NCBI GenBank assembly: GCA_951406725.2
Contig: OX597827.1
Span: 52,700,001 to 52,764,000 of the forward strand
Source of the DNA: Octopus vulgaris
Taxonomy: Eukaryota
Length of the DNA: 64,000 bases
Direction: 5' to 3'
Made by a program: the position numbers and the translations under genes. The notes below the pieces were generated by a model. It saw nothing but the letters and a program-made list of their open reading frames with translations, was not told where the DNA came from and did no database searches. Shown in pieces: positions 54,223-64,000 of this stretch; positions within the stretch are counted from its first letter, which is position 1; the number at the start of each line of letters is the position of its first letter.

Positions 54223-54226
<4 letters not shown>
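54072..54226 (+). mobile_element. Short Penelope-like/retrozyme-like repeat with a hammerhead-like motif
   Basis: gtcccttt-ctgtaga-a-gagc-atag-gctc-gaaa-cata-aaagac; followed by (TA)n. Confidence 0.55.
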
Positions 54227-54271
<45 letters not shown>

Positions 54272-54294
54272 CATGAAGAAGATAAGTGTCTTAC

Positions 54295-54400
54295 CTGCTG
54301 AATCAAGCATTCCAGCTGCTACAGCTCCAACAGGAGATGGTGTTGAATGAGGTTCTAGTTTCATATATACCAACTGTGGGGCCTGGTCAGAATCCTTGAA
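54295..54400 (-). CDS. Internal coding exon of an unidentified protein: FKDSDQAPQLVYMKLEPHSTPSPVGAVAAGMLDSA
   Basis: Acceptor ctttatgtatttccag, donor cag|gtaaga, 106 nt; only one frame is open (phase 0 to 1); unique sequence. Confidence 0.8.
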
Positions 54401-54853
54401 CTGGAAATACATAAAGGAAGTTAATATAGTTAGGAGACTGATAATTGCAAAAGCAAGGTAACAATAATAACAGCATGGAAAATATCAATAAATTAGTGGT
54501 AAATATCCCCATCTGCTACACAGGAGACTAGGTTTGATTTCCTACAAGCTATAAGCTGGTGTGAAAGCTTCCAAATGATTGCTTGACCTGCTACAAAGAA
54601 CAGCTAAATCTCCATCAAACTACACCTTCACTTTAAAAGAATGCAATGGATTAAATGGTCCTGGTTCTAGCTATACTGGCTGAAAAAGATGAGATATTTG
54701 CATCTGGAACATCTTTGGCCATGATTTTGTAGATCAGAGTCAATTTGAAGCTAAACAAGAGCAACAACTTACAAATTCAATTATAACATACATTATTCTC
54801 CTTGCTGTTATCAGCACCTGCATCTACTTTTTTTATGAGAAGTAGCATTTCCC

Positions 54854-55081
54854 TTAACCCTTTCGATACCAACCCGGCTGAAACTGGCTTGGGCTCTGAG
54901 TACAAATGTCTTGATGGCATAAGTTTTGAATTAAAATTTTCCACCAAACCTTAATCACAATTTATGTCCCTAACACTAGCTGAATGATAACTAAGTTATT
55001 TTACTAAATTCTTTGTTATATTTAAAGTAATTGAAAGAAACACGGAGCATCTCAAAATAAATACAGTAATGAAAGGGTTAA
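54854..55081. mobile_element. piggyBac-like MITE (220 bp) with TTAA TSD
   Basis: ttaa-ccctttc ... gaaaggg-ttaa. Confidence 0.75.
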
Positions 55082-55489
55082 ACAATCTCAAATACTGCTA
55101 GACAAGGGAACAATATATACAGTTGTCAGCCCTGAGGGTGGAAACATATTTTTTCTTGGTGGAATAGTGATGGCTGATATGCAAGTGTGTGTGTGTGTTG
55201 TGTAAGTGCTACAGTATACTTAGTAAACTCTCAACTGACAAATTCAGTTCTCATTCATAGCTACTTTACTCTAATAATTAAGATTGGTCTAGTCATGGGC
55301 AACATGGCAGCAATAGCAATCTGTGCCAATGTAATAGTCAGGGTTGACAGATGAACTCAAGGACTTGGTTTCTAAGAGATCCTTTAGCAGACTAGGTCAA
55401 TATCAGATAACACTGACCTTATTATCATAGCTGATGACCTTAATGAATATGTAATACCCTGCTACCTGCTATGTACATTAGCTTTACAC

Positions 55490-55830
55490 ATCCAGCTCCA
55501 TGGATGTGTAATTGATCAAAAGTCAGTGTACAGATGAATTGAGAGAAAATATGTATATCGGGAGAATTAGCTATAGCACGAAAGAGTAAACTGTGTTGAT
55601 ATGGACATGTGAAGTATATGAATGATGACAGTTAGACGAAGAGGTGCCGAAGCAATCCAAGTGAAGGGAGGCTGTGGAAGTAGCTTGGAGAAGGAGCATA
55701 TTTGATCTTCTGGAAGCTGGATGAACCTCACAAACATGATGATGGCCTACAAATTGTGGTGAGGCATTGTGCTAGAGAAGATCCAACAAACACATGTTCA
55801 CTTGAAAAAACTAATGATGATAATGATGAC
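55490..55830 (+). mobile_element. Decayed RTE LINE 3' fragment
   Basis: ELRE..; tatggacatgtg (YGHV); gatgataatgatgac tail. Confidence 0.55.
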
Positions 55831-58295
55831 TATGTTCTAGACATGAAAGGCATCATCAACATAACTTTCATTACTGTAGGGTTTCTCACCTATAGGTAAG
55901 ATATCTCTAAGAAATGATCAAGGAATGAGAGAGAGAGAGAGATGACTTATCAGGGCTGTCAACATTTTGGCTCCATTACATCAGACAAATGTAAAGATTT
56001 TAAAGATTTAATTAATTCATGCAAATAGCTCATGCTGTATATCATATACTCCATACATAATACATACAAGGGGGTCTTGAAAAGTTCCTGGCTTTAAGGT
56101 TATGGCAAAAGGATAGAACTGTTACCTGTACAGGGGAGGTAGGACAACTGCTTAGAAGATATGCAAAAAAAAAAAAAAAAAAAATCAACTGGAATGGTTG
56201 CTATGTTTTGAAAATACTAGTCTGTGTTGTAATGGGAGTGATTTCCTCAGATCTGAATGACAGATTGGTGACCCTAGATGACCCTTGATGTAACAGAAGC
56301 CAGAGTGCTAAAAGGCAATGGTAGAGTCTGATGCGCAAAGTTTAATGATGTAGCCACACATCAACAAGAAAGTAAGCTTTTTTTTTATAGAATGATGAAA
56401 TTAATGTATCTCCAGAACAGAGTGAAGTGACTCAATGAAGAAATGCACAAATATAACACCTACAACAAAGACATGAATAAGCAATAACTGCTATTATTTG
56501 ATCTTAGAACCCTTGGATCCTAGTTGTATTCTCTGGTTATCTTCTGATACTATATTTTTGTATGTAACATTTTCTTCAAATAGAATTCAATTCAGAAATA
56601 GTTATAGCATCTCACACAATTTCAATGTTCTTATCCACTGTTGTACACTATCGGGAAATTATACTGCCCAAAGAGATGATCAAAGAGAGTATATTGATTG
56701 AAACCTGGTACAAGTAAAACCATTAAAACCATAATAATCTTCCTTTTCTTGGTATTGCATTAATAACTTCTATAAAAGCTGAAGAGTATAGTAATGCAAG
56801 GTTTTGTTTGACAAAACCAAGGTCATTCAGTTCTTATTCCATTTCTAAGGAAAATAAGAACATCAAATCTCACATTTCTCTTTAAAATGCATTGTCTGCC
56901 TATCTGAAGATAGATGTGCCACCAAACTTTTAGAGATAATGAAAAAATACAAGAATGGCATTGCTTGGAATCTCAAACAAATGCTTATAACAAAACACTG
57001 AAAATAGAGCTTCTGAAAAATTATTATAACAACAAATAGAAAAAAAAAATCTTTAGTTTTCAAACAAATAACATATACCTCTAAATGTGCATGTATACAA
57101 ACCCATACATATACATATGTAAACATGAAATATATACACAATTGCAGAAACACATCCACATTAATGCGCATAATTTATTTCAGTAACAGCTGTTGGTGTT
57201 GAAATTTGTTGGAGCCAATAAAACAACAAATATTTTGTGTATCTTGTATAACCAATGTCAAAACATAGCCAAAACTAATAAGCAGCAGGTAGAAGTAAAT
57301 ACAACACACATACACAGTTGTGTACATTGTTGCTGATGAAGCTACAAAAATGCAATATTATACACTAAAATTACAGATTGCTACAGTTGATCAAACTGGT
57401 TTTCATTAATGGAGAAAGATGAGGGAGTACCATGCTAGAAATAACAGCCAAATCGCTCTCCCATCCTACCATCTTTAAAAGGGGACACAGTGTAGTGTTA
57501 GATACATTATACCTGAATAAAAACGTGATAGTCACAGTTTCAATGTTAATCATAGGTTTGCTTGACCAGGACTAAACAACAGAAACAACTATTTTCATTA
57601 TCTTTGCCAATATTTTTCTTAAAATTCTGAGTTACACTAGCTGATTTGATTTGAAGATCATGTTCTGAAACTAAAATTGTGATAGAGTTGCTTAAACCAT
57701 TTAAAACACACACTGTTGTACTCACTCTTGTTTTGTTATTAATTAATAACATTGATACTATATAATTTGAATTCAAAATTGAGGAATTATAAAGAAATAA
57801 AATTCACTTATCTAATTTCTTTTTCATTCATTTACTTATTACAAAGTTCTTAAAATTTCTAATTGGTGATTTATATGAGAGCAGCATTCTACCTTTATTC
57901 TAATTTTTCAACCTCTTGATTAATATTGAGTCAAATATACATCCTCTGTCAGTGGCATTTGCACTTAACAACTTCAGTGAAAGCAATGTTATCCATGATC
58001 TATCAGCAAAACTGTGTCTAGTAGAACTTTCTGGCACAGAAACCCCCCTGTGAGTTCCATCTGTCTCTCATCTCTTGAGTTGACAGTTTGCTTTTAGATC
58101 ATTCTATTGCAAAGCAACATGTGTTGGCAGTGCTCTCTTTAACCTACATTCTATCAATTGCTGTATGTGTCTCAAAGCTTAGTTATGTTTCCCACATTCT
58201 TCATTTGTTTTTGGAAGCACTCCTAGCCATATTTACTAATGTGTAAAAGACACTGTTCTGTATTCTTCAATGACTTTTCTCACACTAGTAACAGC

Positions 58296-58780
58296 AACAT
58301 CATCTTTTAACATCCTCTTTTCCATGCTTGCATGGGTCAGACTGAGTTGATTGAGGTAAATTTTCTATAGCCAGATGCCTTTCCTGACACCAATCCTAAT
58401 CTGTGTCCCAAGCAAGGTTAAAATTTTCCCATGGCTAGACATGTTTTCTTAGAATATTGGAAATAAGCAACACTGCTTGTATGACCGTGGTACTATCATG
58501 GGATGTTAAGACAAGGAGACAGACATAAGTATACTCACACTCATATATATATATATATGTATACATTTCGATACATATCATGCAATATCAAGACAAGGAG
58601 ACACACACACTTACACACACAATGGGCTTCTTTCAGTTTCCAACTATCAAATCCACTCACAAAGTGTTGATTAGCACAGGTTACAGTAGAAGACATTTGC
58701 CTAAGGTGCCACACAGTGGGACTAAACCTGAAATCATGTGACTGGCAGGCTAACTTCTTACCACCCAGCCATGCCTGCAC
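58296..58780 (-). mobile_element. SINE with family-A head and RTE-like tail
   Basis: Homolog of 39430-39857. Confidence 0.75.
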
Positions 58781-59377
58781 CTATGTAACAAGTGAATTCA
58801 AAATATACTGTATCTCTTGAAAACATCCTCCAATGGAGATATGCTACCTTAATCTCTTAACAGAAATAGAATGGTTAACAGCATTAAGACATAATTCAAG
58901 AAATTAAGAATTAATCTCTAACAGCTAAATTACATGCTTAGACAAATATCAAATCTTTGTTTGCAGGCAAGTGACAGCTTTGGACATGTTTTAGTCTGTA
59001 AGACTTCATTGATAAAGTACCAGCTATTCAAGTTGGGCTGATCATGTGACAATGATTTTTTTACATGGATAAAGAGCTATGAATAACTTGGGACCTGTAT
59101 AATTTGCATGATCTATTTAAAAATAAGATAATGAATTAAGTACTGGGGGTTAAAGTGATTGATTAAAATGTCTGACGGCTGTTGCCTGCATGATAGCAGT
59201 TCAATAACTGAAACCATTGTAACAAAAACAAAACAAAACCTAAACATTATATCATGATATGCAAACACACAAAAGGTATATACATACCTCCTGTCTGTTT
59301 GCATGCATGTATATATACAATATATATATATATATATGCATATATACATACGTATATGTACTTACTAATATCTATAC

Positions 59378-59416
<39 letters not shown>

Positions 59417-59493
59417 GTGTAGATGTAAGTATGTACATATATGTATGTATATATGCAAGTAAGTTTTATATGCAAGTTTTATATATATATATA

Positions 59494-59844
59494 TTCTTTT
59501 ATTTGTTTCAGTCATTTGACTGTGGCCATGCTAGAGCACTGCCTTTAGCCAAACAAATCGACCCCAGGATTTATTCTTTATAAGCCTAGTACTAATTCTA
59601 TTGGTCTCTTTTGCCGAACCACTAAGTTATGGGGATGTAAACACACCAACATCGCTTGTGAAGTGATAGTGGGGACAGACACACAAACATATACATATAT
59701 ATGACGGGCTTCTTTTAGTTTCCGTCTACCAAATCCGCTCACGAGGCTTTAGTAGAAGACACTTGCCCAAGCTGCCACACAGTGGGACTGAACCTAGAAC
59801 CATGTGGTTGGTAAGCAAGCTACTTACCACATAGCCACTCCTGC

Positions 59845-59845
<1 letters not shown>
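59494..59845 (-). mobile_element. SINE family A within (TA)n
   Basis: Full body from the head gcaggagtggctatgtggtaag. Confidence 0.85.
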
Positions 59846-59886
<41 letters not shown>

Positions 59887-61080
59887 CAAATATATATATA
59901 TATATAGAGAGAAAACAGAAAATGAAGACAAGTGAAGGAACAAGAAGCAGATGTATTAGTTTAATGCTCGGGAAGAATGGAAAAGTCTTTGGCATTTTCA
60001 GAGGAAAAAAACCCCCTAGAAAATGAATAAAAAATGGAGAGAGAAAAAATTGTGTAGGGATTAGTGGTTCAATATGATAAAATGATGTTCTCTCTCTCTC
60101 ATATATATATAGATAGATAGATAGAGAGAGAGAGAGAGAAGGTAGGTGTGTGGTGTGTATGTGTGCTTTTTGTTGGGAAGTGCACTTTGTCTATGGTGTA
60201 TGTTAACTTTATTTTTGATTCCTTAACAGTTTTATGTTTCCAAGTAGTAACCTCGTAGAGTCCTCAATGGATATACAACCTGTATACAAACACACATACA
60301 CACACGCACATTCTTGTATTCTCATCCAAGTTTAAGAACATCATAGTTACTGGATATAAGCAAATTTTAGCTGTTCATCTTGAAATATAGGGGAGAATTA
60401 GCAATAACATTTCAAAAAAAACCCTGCTCAACAGGCGTTGGCAACAAAAGCAAGTCCTGAGCAATAAGACGTGTGTGTGTTCTGTTTATAAAAGAAAAAA
60501 AAAAACAAACCAGAAAAACAATAATCCCAGATATACCAAAATCATACAGAAAACAGATTCACTAATTAAAAAACTAATCAATAACCAAATAACTGCTTCA
60601 AGCAGATGGATATGATAATGAAGAAGATAATTTTCTTATAACTAGGTAAAGTGCTAAATGTTGTTGATGAGGATATAATTAGCTAAGATCCCAGTATTTT
60701 ACTGGTACATTTTTTAATCCTGTAATGATGAAAGAGAAAGTCAACAGCAGGAATTTAACTTAGAACTGAGAGGACTAAAACTAAATACTTCAGTACATTT
60801 TAGTGTTTGGTGTCAGATTCAAAGTCTTGATTATTACCAGGTAGTATACCAATGATTATCAGTTCATCTCTTAGTTCTGTCAAACTTAATTTAATAATTG
60901 CCTGTAAATTGCCTGTCCTTGTGAGATTCTATCAAACTTTACTGTGAATATATTAATTATCCAACAATGATATTAGAGATAGTGTGATGAGTTTGTTACA
61001 GGAGCTTGCATGTAACAAATGATGGGATATAAGATTGTAAGGAACTTTTTATCAAAGGAAATATATAATGAGTACAGATA

Positions 61081-61404
61081 GGTGCAGGTGTGGTAAGAAG
61101 CTTGCTTCCCCACCATATGATTCGAGGTTTAGCCCTGCTGCATGACACCTTGGGCAAGTGTCTTCTTCTATAGCCTCAGGCTGGCCAAAGCCTTGTGAGT
61201 GGATTTGGTAGATGGAAACTGAAAGAAGTTCGTTGTGTGTGTGTGTGTGTGTCTGTGTTTGTCCCCCATAACTTAGTAGTTCAGCAAAGAGGCCGACAGG
61301 ATAAATACCAGGCTTACAAAGAATAAGTCCAGGGATTGATTTCTTCAACTAAAAGGCGGTGCTCCAGCATTGCCACAGTCAAAATGACTGAAACAAGTTA
61401 AAGA
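61081..61404 (+). mobile_element. SINE family A
   Basis: ggtgtggtaagaagcttgcttccc...gactgaaacaagt.aaagag. Confidence 0.85.
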
Positions 61405-61582
61405 GATGGACATATGAAAAACGGATTACAATAATTTCTTTCCATTTACAATTGATAAAGTCTATTAAATATGGCTTTTAGATATCCTGCTTCTTAATTT
61501 GGACCTATGGGCAAATTGCAAAGATGCTAGGTGATATTTGAACTCAAAACAGTGACAAAGATAAGTCATTATCAGTATCCTC

Positions 61583-61795
61583 AAGGTGGCAAGCTGGCAG
61601 AATCATTAACATGCCAGGTAAAATGCTTATCAGCATTTCATCCATCTTTATGTTCTGAGTTCAAATTTCACCAAGGTCGAGTTTGCCTTTCACCCTTTCA
61701 GGATCAATAAAATAAGTACAAGTTGAGGAATGGAGTCAATGTAATTGAATTATCCTCTCCCCGAACTTGCTGCCCTTGTGCCAAAATTTGAAATC
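61583..61795 (+). mobile_element. SINE family B
   Basis: aaggtggcaagctggcagaatc...gccaaaatttgaaa. Confidence 0.8.
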
Positions 61796-61995
61796 ATTAT
61801 CATCACCAATCTCATCATTAAACATTCGTTTTCCAATATGGAATATGGATTAGATGGTTCAGCAGGAGCTGGCAATCCAGAAGATTGCACCAAGCTCCTA
61901 TGTTTGCCCTGACATGATAGCAACAGCTGAATGTCCTTCCTAATGCCAACCACTTTACAGAGTGAACTGGGTGCTTTTCATATGGCACCGGTACC
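61796..61995 (-). mobile_element. RTE LINE 3' UTR fragment
   Basis: ccttcctaatgccaaccactttacagagtg.actgggtgctttt. Confidence 0.7.
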
Positions 61996-62289
61996 AATAT
62001 GGTCACCAAGTAACTTCTAAGATAAGACCAACTCAATAGGTGTAGTACCGAGACAAGTACAGGTGTCTTACTTTGCTATAGAGGAGATACAAAAGAGAGA
62101 GATGATGGTGAAAATGTGTCAGGGCATACCCATATAAGTTATGTCCATTTAATGACAAAAATGGGTAACAAAAACAGACCCTAAAATAAAAATTTTAGGG
62201 TCTGTTTCATAAAACATATAACTATGTGGTTATCCTTGCATAGCGGCATGTCCCCTACATCCCTCTTTAGCTGAGTGATCCTAACCTTG

Positions 62290-62480
62290 CGGGCACTGGT
62301 GCCATGTAAAATCACCCAGTACACTCTGTAAAGTTGTTGGTGTTAGGAAGGGAATTCAGACATAGAAATAATGCCAAAACAGATAAGGAGCCCAGGTAGA
62401 TCTTCAGCTGGCCAGCTTCTGTCATACTGTTCAACCCATGCTAGTATGGAAAACAAACGTTAAATAATGATGACGATGAT
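62290..62480 (+). mobile_element. RTE LINE 3' UTR fragment
   Basis: ggtgccatgtaaaa.cacccagtacactctgtaaag...aacgttaaataatgatgacgatg. Confidence 0.75.
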
Positions 62481-63613
62481 ATTAAAATTGACTGGAGCTC
62501 AGGAGGAGAAATTTCTGAGGATATGTAAAATAAACCCCAGGATTTATTCCCATAACATTAAGGAAACAGATCAAATAAATTAACTACATAGTAAGGTTCA
62601 CCTTATTTCTTTATTTTAGGAATTGGAAAAGTAGAGTGGTTTAAGAGGAAATTTTTGTTGCTAAATCAGGTTTTGGCATTTAGTTGTCACTAAAGCCCTT
62701 GAAGAAAAAAGAACATTTCCACTTCCCACTTTTGACAGTTTTGGAATAAGCACTCTACTGTTACTTATTTACAGTGGTGATAATTAGGCAAAAGTTATCA
62801 AATTTCAATTCCTTTCTTTATTTTCGGTTCCTCACACCAATATTATTTTCTAAAATTGTTTTAAGCACAGGAAATTACAATTCTAAGAGAAACAAAAGAA
62901 AGAAAAAAAACTATGTCCCTATTTATTACTACTTTTTGAATCATCGTTGTTTAACCCAAGGTCAATATATGAGGCACAGGGGAGGAGCACGAAATTCCCT
63001 CTGGCCTATTATGTCTGTTACTTAAGGTTAACGCGCCTAAAGTGTCTTTATTCCCGGGACCGAGAACTACTGGTCAACATTGACTGAACAGGTCTATGAT
63101 CAAAAGCATTCCAACCATGACCACCCCATTTTTTTCTTGAGTATTGTGTATCTCTAAGGTCACATTGTCATTAGAATGTAAATAAAGGGAAATTTGGTGA
63201 CTACCAGACCCAGCGATCACTAACGGGACTCCTCAAAAAAATTTTAATAATGAGATAAAATATGTGACAAGCGCAACCCTTGCTTCCATCAACAAGCTTC
63301 GATCGTTAATACCCATAGAAAATATTACTTCTGTACCATATAATACTGTTACACATTTTTTTCCCCTACACAATGCTTCTACAGGTTTCAAGAAACAAAA
63401 TTCTAAACGGTTAAGATTCTCTACCAGTAATCTACACGTGGTTATGTAAACAATAAAATATAAACGATGGTTTAGATAACAAAGAACTGAATGGGATGTT
63501 TTGCGTGATTCAAAGTTCGATCCCTATTCAAATCTGAATAAGACCAACAACCGGGCGCACGCACGTAAAGCACACACAAACACCTTAAATTCTTTCTTTT
63601 AGCATGTGTTTAC

Positions 63614-63625
63614 CGAATTATCAAG
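63614..63625 (-). CDS. Candidate 12-nt microexon (LDNS)
   Basis: Strong acceptor ttcttttctcactgtattttgcag|, then CTTGATAATTCG, then |gtaaac; phase 0/0, compatible with exon 54295-54400. Confidence 0.4.
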
Positions 63626-64000
63626 CTGCAAAATACAGTGAGAAAAGAAACAAGTGGCCTATATAAACCGCACAGATATAATTAATGGCTTGCAGTTGTT
63701 TAGTCCCAGGCCAATTCTGTTTAAGCAGACCTAATCGAAGACATTACAACGTTGGCCATCCTGTCTCATTGTCCGACGAGTCCTCCCTTGAGGTTGTAAT
63801 TTTATGGAATATTGCTGTCAAATGTAGTAGGTCCGGCGTGTAATTGTATCGTGGTGCTGCGTATCCATGACGTGCTGCCAGAGTAGAATTTTCAGTCAAT
63901 ACCTTTTAATTCGATACTGAACGAAAATAATCGGGAGCTTTTATTCTAGGCATTGATTCGTAAACTTTTGTCAGCTGTATTGTATGGCAAGTTACTCCAT

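Noticed and set aside
59113-59462. YI/CV-rich ORFs here and elsewhere
   Set aside because: Translations of (TA)n/(CA)n microsatellites

Overview
AT-rich, repeat-dense animal genomic DNA, mostly intron or intergenic. The SINE, RTE-LINE and microsatellite landscape resembles an octopus/coleoid cephalopod genome (inference from recalled repeat families, not checked). Nearly all supplied ORFs are spurious or transposon-derived. Host-gene evidence is limited to the minus strand: one well-formed 106-nt coding exon (54295-54400), a candidate 12-nt microexon (63614-63625), a possible terminal exon (~43.5 kb) and a CpG-richer promoter-like zone (~8.6-11.3 kb). Mobile elements include RTE LINE fragments, a full-length decayed mariner, a truncated mariner, a non-autonomous Helitron, a Dong/R4-like 3' end in (TAA)n, TTAA-flanked piggyBac-like MITEs, fold-back MITEs and at least three tRNA-derived SINE families. 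The most notable observations are four Penelope-type minimal hammerhead-ribozyme-like motifs in two families, a 70-nt near-perfect hairpin, a recent ~235-bp inverted duplication around degenerate TTAGGG repeats, and SINEs sharing one head with two different tails. All coordinates were read by eye, and repeat boundaries are approximate.
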